Shown one piece after another: positions 25,833-37,985 of a DNA stretch of 64,000 nucleotides (position 1 is its first letter; every line of letters begins with the position of its first letter). The notes beneath the pieces are model-generated. The model made no database searches, was not told the DNA's origin, and worked only from the letters and a program-made list of their open reading frames with translations. The position numbers and the translations under genes are program-made. This DNA is from Podarcis gaigeae (taxonomy: Eukaryota): assembly GCA_964106915.2 (NCBI GenBank), contig OZ066922.1. One strand, given 5' to 3'.

Positions 25833-27049
25833 TTAAACAGTTATTTGTTCTGTTGTTACTTGATGTATTGCATTCATCAACCTTTGCATAACTGTTACTG
25901 ACTCAAAAATGACAAATATCTGTACTGCTGAAGGCATTTTTATTACTCTGTACCTAGATACAATTCTTGAAAATAAATAAAAATATATCCCGCCCCCCAA
26001 AATGACCAAAAAGTGAGCAGCCCTACCTCCCCAAATATCACTATGGCATGCCTACTGCTCTCCAACATTAGCTATTGCCATTATATGTGGGTCTTTATGC
26101 AAACAATTATGTATAAACTAGGGTTACTTTGTGGGTTCGAAGGGCTAACAAACACACAGAAGAGCAGTTCTATGTGCTGGGGAAATGTGGGTACTACCTT
26201 TATTAAAAAGTGTCCTTTCCACACACAAAAAACCACAGTGGATTTAGCAATATTAAAGGTAAATGACAGTTTTCTTTCCTTCTGTCTGCTTCTGAAGAAA
26301 ATGGAAATGACTGTGTGAGTACTTACAGGAATCCTGGGATATGAGCAACCATAGTCTAAATGAATGCATAAGCTTAAAGGGTGCTTGCATAATTGCAACG
26401 GGGTCGTATAGATTCTTATTTCCAGGCCTACTTCAAATGCCTGAAAGATTTATGAGGCCCACTAGTCACAAAACAGAGGTGCAGACCCAGACCCAGTCTC
26501 AGAATGATGGCAGGTGGAGGCAGAGTTTGGCATAATCATGTCACAATTACCAACATCACTTTCTATTGATGCCAATTTTTGGAAATTGCTACGTTCTTTC
26601 CTGTGTTTTTTCCTTGCACCCAGAAGGAACTCTGCTTTCCTCAAGCTAAGTTTGATCTGAAAGTTTTGTGAATCCTTATCAGTTCAAACAGGATTTGCTG
26701 ATCCAGAGGCTCTAAGCAGGGAAGACTTTTAAAAATATCTATATTCCCATTGCCAGTCCCATATACATCTTATTATTACCCATTTCCTGTAATTTCTTCT
26801 ATTCTCTTTCCCTACTCAACTTGTACCCTATTCACCTTTCCCCAAACCGCCAGTTTCTTTCAACTCTCTTGTCTTGTCTTTTTGCATTCGCTTCTTCCTC
26901 CAGTAACAGCTTTGGTTTTTATTACAACAACAATAATCATCTCACTTTCTAATTTACTTTAACACTTCCTCTGAAAAGGGAGACCTTCCTTTCCTCTGCC
27001 CACTCCCAGCAAATTTCCCCTTTCCCAGCTATCTTTACGCAGCATACGA

Positions 27050-27445
27050 TTAGTTTCTGGTATTGGCAAGATTTGCATAATGAGTTGATTATTTCCATTA
27101 TTTCCTATGGGAACATTCTAATCTGTGATTTCTCTTATCTCCACCCCCCCCCCCCAGTTTCAGCCCAAACTGCTGCAGCCAACCAGAGCAAAAGACAAAT
27201 ACAAGGAAAAACTGTTCCCTATCTGATCTCTCCTGCTACCTGAATGGTCCGATCTCCCTCCATTCATGGTTTCCTCTCAGAATGACTGCCAACAGCCAGT
27301 GAAACACAGACAAATCTGAACAGCCAGAGTTTGCCACTTCCTTATATCAGAATCAGCTATTCGTGTAGTGAGGTTTGGGTATAATTCTTTTGTTCGGATA
27401 ACTGAAATTCCAGATAACCAGCTTTCCAATAGTAGACAGCACAGC
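27050..27445. mobile_element. Old dispersed repeat, copy 1 (partner at 57480-57820)
   Basis: Shared blocks atttccattat.tcctatggg, gctgcagccaaccag..caaaagaca..aaggaaaaactgt, gaatcagc..tagtgag.tttggg.ataatt..ggataa.tgaa. Confidence 0.7.
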
Positions 27446-27827
27446 TGACATAATTACTTTTTACATACTTCCCTATTCTGCAACAACAGGACTTCCGCAC
27501 ATTAAAGTACAAACTATCCCAGCAAAGCTTCTATTCATTTCAGCAATAGAATTTATTTATGTTGCGTATCGTGGCTACCAATTCATTCTAAAACAGAAGT
27601 GTAGCACACATATTTCACAGAAAGTGTAAACTATATGCTAGGCTAATTGCAGAAGGGACAGAAATAGACCTACAACAGAAAATCATAACAGTCACGAGAC
27701 AAGGCCCCTTTCAGGCCAGGGGTTGTAACCAAAGCTGCTGTTCCACTAGACTTCAGAGAACCTCAACAAAAAACAAATTTTTTCAATTGACTTGCCTAAG
27801 ATCCAGGACGTATGGCAGCCCTACCAT

Positions 27828-27869
27828 CTCCTCTCCCTTGCAACCCCTCTCCTCTCCCTTGCAACCCCT
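27828..27869 (+). repeat. 21-bp tandem duplication
   Basis: ctcctctcccttgcaacccct x2. Confidence 0.9.
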
Positions 27870-30800
27870 CTCTACACCCTCCAGTGGGGGCCCTCCAGAG
27901 CAGATTTTGAGGGCGCTTGGGTTGAGGGAGGAGAAATTCCATTTTTGTGGAACTCCACAGAGTGCTGGATGGAACCTCAGGGCTGGGTTTGGGGTATTAA
28001 AAGAAGAAAAGAAACAGAGCTTGCTGCTACTCATAGCTAAGGATCTAAGGATGGACTCAAATCTGGTCCTGTGCAGTCTCTGCCTAACCTTTCCCTATGC
28101 TCCATCCAGTCTTAGTCTTGCTTCCCTTCTGAGTCAGCATCCAAATCATGCCCACTTGCTTAGGAGGTCCATGTTCTGATTCTATCCTCCACTGGTGACC
28201 TTTATAAAACCCAGCTATAGTACCAGTCACCTCACAACACATGAGAATGAATTCAGTATATCAGTTCAGCTGAATGTGGGAAAAGCCACCCATTCAGTTG
28301 TTTAAAACTTGTGGCTCACCTAAAGGACTATAAGAACAGAACCAACATCTGTGCAGCCAAGAATTGGTCAGCAGCTGCAGCAAACAGGGTTTCCCTTTAA
28401 TTACAAGTGTAGCAATTTGTCTAGTTGCAGCGAACTTCTTCCACATGTGGCAATAAGCATTGCAGCCAATGGCTCCACTAGGAGCAGCAGCCCCAAACAT
28501 TTTACTGCCTAGGGTGGACCATACTGCACTCCTCCCCACATACAGATGCAAACCAGACTGGCAGCTGAATCTATATTCAACACTGGTAATGGGGCAGTGT
28601 CTTCCACCGTAGGGGGTGCAAGGCTGACCACATAGTACACACAGCTGTCTACAAACACCTTATTGCTGCTCCGTACGTCCAACACTTGAGGCAGCTGCCT
28701 CCCTCTGACTAAATGACAGGCCATCCTTGTCTGCCAGCATCGAACAGATACAGCAGAGGAGAGGGAAAGGGCAGGATGACTGCGAAGTACTCTTGTGTGA
28801 AAGTTCCACTTAGATATATTGTTGCACCAAGTAAATCTGTTTAGAAATGGGAGATCACATTTCCAAAGTTTCCCAGAGAAGTGACAAGCCAACAGATGGT
28901 AAATAACTTTTGGTGGCTACATATCTGGACTGTAGTTGAGCCAAGAATCAACAGGTGAAAAGGGCTCTCTGCATTCCGCTGTACTTTCAGAGAGGCCGTC
29001 TATCTCATTTGTCTTCTTGGTGTAACCTCTTTGTTCTCCTCACTATTGAATAGTTTACTTACTTGCTTAGTGGCACTGTCTAGCCTCACGTATATTTCTG
29101 CAAAAATGCTTTGAATGAATTCCAATTCAGTCAGTCACATAAAACTGCAGCCTATTTCTCCACCCCTGCCCGAGGTTGCATAATGTCTGATAATAGAAAA
29201 CATAATCCTCTATTTCATAGCCGAATGGGATGTGTTCGTTTTTCTTGTATATTCTAATCCTTATATTATTGTACAAGTCAAATAACACAATTGACTTGAT
29301 TTTAACGTTTTGCTAAAATAAATGTGACTTAGATCAAAAGTCTGTTTAATGTTAAAATAGAAACACATTCAAGAAAAATAATTTACTACTCAAATCAGGA
29401 AAGCATGATTGTACAAGAAAGCGGAGCACAAGACTAAAAAGATAAAATGTTTAAATCATTAGGTTATTGCAATTCAAGCTTTGCGTTGTGCTGTTTAGTA
29501 AGTTACTTTCGTGTTCATTTTGTTTGGTCAAAATTATAGTTTATGTACAGTAGGAAAATTCCTTTGTAATGCATACTTCCCGATTTGTCCAACATAAGCA
29601 GGTTGTCATTTTCAAGTGATTGCTTATAAAGGGAATTCAGTAAAAAGTGTCGGCGGGGTGGGGTAAGGGAGTTTCAATAGTGGAATGGTATTTTATTGAA
29701 GCCATAGTAGAAAAACAAACAATAGTAAGAGATAGCTATGTGGAACATTAATATTTTTAATTTGCAAACAAGCAGAAATCCATCAAGTATCAATACTTAG
29801 AACTTTTTCCTCCAGCAACGAAACATATAACCAATACAACTGCAAATACATTTACAACTACAAATAGATTAGGACACACGTACAGACACAACCACCAAAG
29901 TTATGAGAATTCACTTCCATCTACTCACACCCTCCAACTTTATTTTTCACAAAATGTAGCTAGACTAGAATATATTCACAAAGGAGGAGAAAGTAGAACA
30001 GAAAACACTAAATCAATGAACACACTAAACCTTTCAATACTCTTCTTTACATAGGCAGGACTAACTAATCACATGTATAGTAACTTTTGTCAATTTTGTG
30101 CTGTGGCAGGATTGTTAAACTAATTCCAGCCATTGGCAGGACAGCACAAAACTAAGAACAGTGTGACTGGTCCCTTAAAAGGGCCTGACATGCACAGATT
30201 CAAACTTTAATTTCATCATGCCGTTAGAAAATGCTGAATAAATGAACTTTTAGAAAAGGCCATTATAACTGGGTTACTCATTACAGATCTCATTACAAGC
30301 TATCTTTATAATGTACACCTGACAATATCATGTAAATGCTGAGCTTTAAAGGTCAACTTAACTAACAGAACAATTCTACTATTTATAGCGAAGGGTGAAC
30401 TTTTCTTATTTGGATGCTTAAGCAGCTAACCCTTGAGTTTAATGTAATTAGGGAAGGGATATTCAATTTACAGTATCCCCATGTAATGATAATTACATTG
30501 GTCCCAAAAAGCTGTGGGTAAGCATAAGAAACCTTTGTAATTACATCCTGTTTTCAAAATGACTTTAGTGCTGTGAACTTGAAGCATTTCAGCAAATGAA
30601 GGCCAATGCACATAAAATGAAAACTACAGAGGGTTTAAGAGCTACACTGTTTAACATAATGAGCAGTACTACCAGGGGAAGATCACAAAATGCATTCTAT
30701 AACTCACCCCGACAGCCTATGCCATCCCCATTTCTCTCACAAGCATCCGTTAAAAAACACAAAGGACAGCTTCTACCTCTCTTTTTCCAAATTCCTCATG

Positions 30801-32581
30801 AAGACACTTCAGATTCTTCACTCAAGAAAGAGGCTCAGAAGAGTCAGTTCAAATAAACTCTCTGGGATTACAGTAGCACACATTGTCCGAAGGTTTGGCT
30901 TCTGATTCTGTTTGTTCGAAAGAATGGCAGAGAGCTATGAATATGAAACCATTCTCTCCTATGTGCATGGCAGATTAGCTATGTCAGCATTCCAGAAGGA
31001 CCAAGGTGGAAAATAAACAAATATACATCCTCACACCAGCTGCAGCGATCATTCTCTGGAAAATTATTCAGGCATTATGAGACACAGTATTAAATGCTGC
31101 CACTTGCAGCTTCACAGCTTTCTGAATATTCACATCAGAATGGAATGAGCACTTATGAACATCTTCCATTAAGTTTTTTTCTTTTAAAAGGGGAAAGCTG
31201 ATAGGCAAAAGGCTTGTCATCATAGCATGACTTTACACAGGTTTTCTTCAATGAAGCAGTCAAGTGGACTATGAGAAAAAAGGGCTGGGTGCACAATGGC
31301 TTCTCAAGAGAATCTGCAGTAAACTTTCTACTATTTGACATCATTTGCGAAACACAGAAGGGCAAGTATGCATTGCAAGGCCTTTCGGAGACCCTCTAGT
31401 ATCCCAATAAAGATGCCCACAACACTGATAAATTTCTAATCATCTGGGACACGATCCATGATTGATAGTGAAACTGAATAATGTGGAAGTGAAGTTTAAC
31501 ATACTAGTCTGGGCTAAACTGCAAATCTTGAGAGATCATTTATTTTCAAGGAGTGGAACAGGGTTAGGGTGTAATAGTAATCTAAACTCAGAATTTTATG
31601 CCGTTGTTTAGCCTATCATAACAGGAATTTTGGAATTTTGTATTTATAATTTAATTTAAATGGGTTAATTCTTTTATTAGACTATATAGATTGAGACAAG
31701 CTTTGAATAAATTATTTGCCTATACAGGCCTAACATATATGCTCTTTTAGATTAGTTTAGGATCATGATTCCTTTTCCTAGTTTCCCATAATTTATTGTT
31801 AATATCAATAACAATACTAAATATTCCTTATTAAAATATAAATTATGTTGAGGCATTTAGGACCGAGGAACCAGAGTCTCGAATATTCTTAAATAATTTA
31901 CAAATCAATTTTGCTGAGTAGCTCAAAATTATCACAATCTATTAAAAGGTTTATTTAGCATCCGATGAATATATTATCTGATCTGAAAAAACATCTTCAC
32001 AACAGTTTACTAATTCTTATCATTACACAGATTATTGCACTTTAGCAAACCAAATGATTGAACCAATATATATAATTTTATCTAATGACAGTTAACAATA
32101 AAATATTATTGCAGTCTTAATGGATTAATGCCACTTATGAGCAACACAACATTGCATTACGATGACACAAACCCTTTCTGATTGTTATAATTTTTCATAT
32201 GAATGCCTTAAAACCTTATCAGAGGGAAATTGTATTTTAATGCTATTTCAAATGTCATTTTTAAAGGATTTTTACAATTCCCTTTCATAAAGTGGAATGC
32301 ATGCTCTGAATTGCTACAACTAGCTTTTCTCATTGATGCATATACTAAATCACTCTGAAAATTTTCCACCAAAAGGAAATCCTAACAGTCCTAACAGTTG
32401 GGGAGAACAACCCTTTTAATGTGATCCATTCTGAACACATGCAGGAATCTACATACCAAGGTGTGTACACTTTTAAACATAAAAGTGGTATTATTTAAAT
32501 AATCCTGGTATTTTTAAATAATTCTGGAGATTTTCCAAAAGGGAAAATATGGCTGTTTTACATTATCATAAATTGATAATA

Positions 32582-32823
32582 CAGTGGTACCTCAGGGTAA
32601 GTACTTAATTCGTTCTGGAGGTTCGTTCTCAACCTGAAACTGTTCTTAACCTGAAGCACCACTTTAGCTAATGGGGCCTCCTGCTGCTGCCGTGCCGCCG
32701 GAGCATGATTTTTATTCTCATCCTGAAGCAAAGTTCTTAACCTGAAGCACTATTTCTGGGTTAGCGGAGTCTGTAACCTGAAGCGTATGTAACCTGAAGC
32801 GTATGTAACCTGGGGTACCACTG
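32582..32823. mobile_element. Tc1/mariner (Tigger-like) MITE
   Basis: TA|CAGTGGTACCTCAGG ... CCTGGGGTACCACTG|TA; internal repeats aacctgaagc. Confidence 0.9.
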
Positions 32824-33641
32824 TACCCTCATATGCAGTAATCTACATTCAAACAGATAATTGCTTCATTGATTGATAAAGAGATAATGTCCTGCCTTTC
32901 TAGAGAATTATATCTAGAGAAGTATATATATATTGAACTGGCCATTGTTCCTCTACACAGGACTATTCTAGGACTACACCTAAAGATTGTGCTTTGCTGG
33001 ATGGCAGATACAAACAGAAACCTGTCTCCCAATGCATTTGCATCTGTAATATGAAGTAGGTAGAGAATGTAATCTATTATGTAATGAAACATCCTTGATA
33101 GGATGAACCAAGTAATTTTTCTTTGAAAAAATCTTGTCCAGCTTAACAATCTATTCTGAGCAAATTATCTGTTTTATGTTAGAATATATTTATCCATTTG
33201 TGATATATAAATAAGCATTGTACACTTTGGCTGCAAGAAAACTTCTAATGTAAAGGGCCGCTGCAGCACTGTAGGAGTGTTAAAGAGTTTTTCCTCAAAT
33301 TGTGGGGGTTTTTTGCACAGGGTTAACTATTTGAGTACACAGTATTTAAAACTTTTGTTATATTCTTTATCATTATTTCATTGTTTCTGTGTTGGAAGTT
33401 TTACATTGATTTTTCTTTTCAAGTTATCAAGACCCATGGCTAGTACAATGAATTTGGTGACAATCTTGAGAGGGATTCAAGACAGTTTTACATTAGTATA
33501 TATTTTAAATAGACAAATATGATGACTAAAAGAAACTGCAGCCAAATATTAAAAACAAGCTAAAACAAACTAAGCAGCAGTCCTATGCAACTATGTCGAG
33601 ACACAGTTTTTACTGAACGGTTGTGTGACTTCCTCTTGAGT

Positions 33642-33705
33642 AAAGCTCATACCAATAACAAACTTAGTTGGTCTCTAAGGTGCTACTGGAAGGAATTTTT
33701 TAAAT
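33642..33705 (+). mobile_element. Penelope-like terminus fragment
   Basis: aaagctcataccaataacaaacttagttggtctctaaggtgctactggaagg; lies outside the TSD of the neighbouring copy. Confidence 0.8.
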
Positions 33706-33725
33706 TATGTTTAGGATTGTGCAGT

Positions 33726-33907
33726 TACAGATAGGTAGCCGTGTTGGTCTGCCATAGTCAAAACAAATTTTTTTTTCCTTCCAGTAGCACCTTAAAGACC
33801 AACTAAGTTAGTTCTTGGTATGAGCTTTCGTGTGCATGCACACTTCTTCAGATACACTGAAACAGAAGTTTCCAGACCCTTCTATAGAAGGGTCTGGAAA
33901 CTTCTGT
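33726..33907 (-). mobile_element. Penelope-like element terminus with short terminal inversion
   Basis: 16-bp duplication tttaggattgtgcagt (33710-33725, 33908-33923); 50-bp palindrome at its 5' junction. Confidence 0.85.
33818..33855 (-). ncRNA. Minimal type I hammerhead ribozyme motif
   Basis: Minus strand GTAT-CTGAAGA-A-GTGTG-CATG-CACAC-GAAA-GC-TC-ATAC: CUGANGA and GAAA boxes, stem II, palindromic AGCT in place of stem III, UH cleavage site, 4-bp stem I. Activity untested. Confidence 0.65.
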
Positions 33908-33973
33908 TTTAGGATTGTGCAGTAAGGCTACAATCCTAGACACACTTTGGAAGCAATCCTATAGCAAGATCTG

Positions 33974-34108
33974 CAGGGATCTTAACCTCGGCTCACCAGA
34001 TGTTTTTCGCCTACAACTCCCATGATCCCTAGCTAGCAGGACCAGTGGTCAGGGATGCTGAGAATTGTAGTCTCAAAACATCTGGAGGGCCGAGGTTGAG
34101 GAAGCCTG
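33974..34108. mobile_element. Palindromic hAT-type MITE
   Basis: aacctcggc..ccagatgtttt..ctacaactcc / aattgtag..aaaacatctggagggccgaggtt; loop agctagcaggaccagtggtc as in 51506. Confidence 0.85.
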
Positions 34109-35839
34109 GGTTAGGATCAGTGGATCTCTGGTTGAGCCAAGTGGTTCCTGGCACAGCTGCGCTATGCTGGCATATCTCTGCTGTTTCAGCTCAGCTGGAA
34201 CCCAGCTGGCTGAGCCAAAGCCAATGGATCTTAAGCCAGCACTAGCCCTGAAAAGGGGGTGTTCTAGAAATGAGGTGGGACCAAAGATAGGGAATTTAGG
34301 GTGGAAATTAAGTCCATTCAGCTACATGATGTGATCTGGCAATCTGTCATAAGTTAAATCAGCAAAAAGGGTGGTGTAACTCAGGCAGCATTTGAAAGAC
34401 TTGTTTCCCTCTGCCAGGCTCTGGCCGCCTCAGCTGGTAGTAGCCACGCTGCCAACGAGAGTTATTTGATGTTACCTTATGCCATCTTAAATTAGATTGG
34501 CTTGCTTTATGCCAGCTTCTTTTATACAGGATTGCTTACTTGGAAGTATGACCATAAACACAGTGAGATTTTCTTTCCAGTAAACATGCATAGCATTGTG
34601 CTGTACAGCCACAGACTAAAACAGCAACAGCAACAGAGATATATATACTGATCTAGTTTTAAAATAAGTGTTTTATACATGCGAATAATCCATATGGTAC
34701 AAGAGCACAACGACTGGCGAAAGAAGAAACAAATACAAAATGCTGGTACAAGCAATCACCAACACACTGATGACTTACAGTTATTTCAACTGAGTATTTC
34801 TGGCTCACTGTAAAATATAGTATCAGTCCTGAAGAGTACAAAGCTTTTTAAAAAAAATAATCTGCAATGGATCATGTATTTATTCCAGTGGAAACATATT
34901 TTATTGCTATATTCCTCTAGAAAAATTGCTTGAAAGAATAAACTATTGCATGCTGTCATTCTTACGTATAATGCGTTATGCTAAAAGTGTCAAATCCTGT
35001 TACAGCATCTGCTTGTGATATTTTTATGGCATAAAGGATCTGTGTTAGGAAACCAACAATTCAAACAGCACTAGTTCATTTTAGAACTAAAAGGTAAACT
35101 ACATTTAAAAGATGGGAGAAATCTAATAGGAAAAACCTACATCTGAGTCTTTCTTAAGATTCATATTTGATTGAATCATGTGTAATTTTACCGTAAGTAA
35201 AATAGCTGTGATTCTGCTTTAGAAAGGCCTAGAATATTCACTGAATAGGACTGTGGAGTTCAAAGAAGGCTGCCAAAGTAAGTATTTTTATGGCTGGAGC
35301 ATTTCCTTAATCATTCCAAAGGAAATAATTTTTCTAGCAGATGTAGCATCAAAACTGGCTATAACTGTCCCTTTTTATTTTTTTAGGCAATCCATCAATC
35401 ACATATTATTGTTTCCACTTAATAATTAACACTGATACCACACTGAGTATCTTATTATAGCAATCATGGACACAATTCAGAGAATCCCTTTACAGCCAGT
35501 TCATTCATTCCCTATTTATTTCCTAGCAGCAGTTTGTTGTCCTGCATTGAAGATTCTGCAACCATTTGTGCAGCACTTGAGTGTGCATCTGCATATCTTC
35601 CATGAAAGAAAGCACAGAAACTTCTTTGCAAACAATCAAACAGAGGTTGCTTGGTATGGTTAGCTGGTCCAAATAAATTACTGTGCAGTACGACATCCAT
35701 AACTTTCAGGTCTAAATGGCTACACTGCCAACAGAACACTGTGAACTGCTAGTGGGGCAGGTAGAAACATTCACACTGATAACAAAATACTATACCTAAG
35801 ATACAAAGAACTCTGTTATATCTCGGCATCAACACTTGC

Positions 35840-36510
35840 TATGTTTACAGTCATACATAACATAGACAAAAGATAGCATAGGTATAAAACAAACGTATGA
35901 CAGTAATAACAACGTATCTAAATTCTTCCAAGATTATTTAAATCCTCTATGTCTTAAATTATACTTCCCTTCCACTCTTTCCATGGTTAACTATCTACTA
36001 TCCTTTTAACTGTGTTTTCTTTACTAAATTATTTTCATTACCTTACATAATATCATATTATAACTGCTGCTGAGTATTTTTTCAGCCTGTTACGATTATT
36101 TTATTGTTATATTTTAACATATAATCCGTATGTAATATCCAATCCTCTTTCAGGCTCTTATTTCTTTATCTGTCATACTAGCTAGTTCTATGTAATCTAT
36201 TATTTTGAGATGCCATTCTTCTCTTGATGGTACTGTATCTGTTCTCCATTTGGGGAGAAATAAAATTCAAGTGGCTGTTGTCACATACATCCATAAGGCA
36301 ATTTGTGTTTTTGGGGGGATTTCTGTCATTACTATTCACAGAAGAAAAGCTTCTGGATTTTGGGGGGACATTATTCTAAACATTTTCTTTAATTTATTAT
36401 ACACCATGTCCATTTTTTTTTGTTTTTTGTTATCCTACATGACCACCATAAATGATAGAATGTACCAACTGTTTCTTTACTTTTCCAACATTTTCCCCAG
36501 CAACAAAAAG
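35840..36510 (-). mobile_element. L1-clade LINE ORF2 3' fragment
   Basis: Minus-strand translation across frames: CWKSKETVGTFYHLWWSC (CCHC-knuckle remnant), VYNKLKKMF, PEAFLL, KWRTDTVPSREEWHLKIIDYIELA. The 3' boundary is approximate. Confidence 0.8.
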
Positions 36511-37838
36511 GCAATGTTATACCTTTTTCAAAGTTTAATTTATTCAGATATCAACTATTATGTATTAATATATTTCTCTTTCCTGTTTTTTACTGATTTC
36601 CACTGTCCTGGTCCAGAGGTAATTCTTATGTAAACAGAAGTGCTTTCTAGGATTTAGTCTTGTGCCTGCATACATCTGTTGTGAAAATGTAAGCTCTGGC
36701 ATCTGGAACGACTGCTGCTTGCTGCTCCCTTGTAGCACAGCACCACACATATATTTAGAGCACTGTAATCTCTGGTTACAGTTCACCTGTCTAGGGCCTA
36801 GGGATTGGTTACGTACAGACATCCTCTTCCCTCAATGTCCCAAGAGGTGATCCGCAATGAACAGAACTATATTATGTTTGGGGACAGAGTAGGTTGCTAG
36901 CTCACGGCAGCATGAATACGTGATCAGGGCTATAATGTTAAATCTTTCAGCATTTGCCCCCAAGAACCTAATCTCACATAAGATGTACAAAATTGTATTT
37001 TCAATATGGCACGAAATATTTCTTTAAGCAGCTATATACAGAATGAATATGTAACCATATACAGTCTTATCTCATTTGTTTTCTGTGGTTAATTTCAGTA
37101 AAGGGTTTGGTATTTGCCACTATTAAAAGGTTTATTGTGTTGTTAATTAAAATAAGAACAAAGTAAGAATCTTCCACTTCTTTAAGTTTTCCTTGTCTCC
37201 TAATTCCAAATCTCCAGAGGTCATCAGTATGCATGATTGTAAGTTTATGCTTCTGATTTAAGTACCTAAATTCATGGGATGACATGGCATCACAGGACTC
37301 CTTTCAGTTAAGTGGAAAGTAAAACAAACAACTTACTGTTACTCATGTCTAAGCAATTGTAAAAAAAATAATAATCCTAAATTCATCATGCTTGGTGTCA
37401 TTTATTATTGTAATGTTCTGTACTGTATTTCCAGTTTGCTTTCATTGCACTCTGATGAGAACCACCTAGGAGTTCTCAACACGAAATCCGGGTCTTGGTA
37501 ATATAAACCAGGCCATCATCCTCAACTGTAATTAAATCATTAACAACAGATATTTTATTTTGGACCAACGTGACAATTAGCAGCAGCTCCAACCACTCTG
37601 AGGGCATACGGGGAAGACATTCCTATGCAGAGTATGACTAACCTTTTGGCTCTGCAAAATAGTACTGGTGGCGAAACTGATAAAGTAGTATAATTTATTT
37701 TGCTACTGCTTAGCAGCAAATCTGAAGGGCAGCCGTTTTGGAGTGGTTTCCTAATAGTTCTCTCGGGAGGGGGGGCGGTATAGGAAGAGATTGTGGACAA
37801 TGCAGAAAAGGGGAAGAGGAGACTATTAAAACCCAGTA

Positions 37839-37985
37839 CAGTGGTACCTCTAGTTACGGGCTTGATCCATTCTGGGGTGCGGTTTGCACCCCGAAAAATC
37901 TGCAGCTAGACCGCCGCTTCTGCGCGCACGCTTTTGTATCCTGAAAAAATGCAACCGGAGACTGACGTAACAAGAGGTACGACTG
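37839..37985. mobile_element. Tc1/mariner (Tigger-like) MITE
   Basis: TA|CAGTGGTACCTCTAGTTACG ... CGTAACAAGAGGTACGACTG. Confidence 0.85.

Noticed and set aside
27783-28892. Cluster of 80-130 aa ORFs
   Set aside because: Mostly non-ATG starts, overlapping on both strands, no domain similarity or splice framing.
36205-36633. 142-aa hydrophobic plus-strand ORF
   Set aside because: Antisense shadow of an A-rich L1 ORF2 fragment.
37067-37285. 72-aa minus-strand ORF as a second exon
   Set aside because: No convincing pyrimidine tract or donor, and no recognisable homology.
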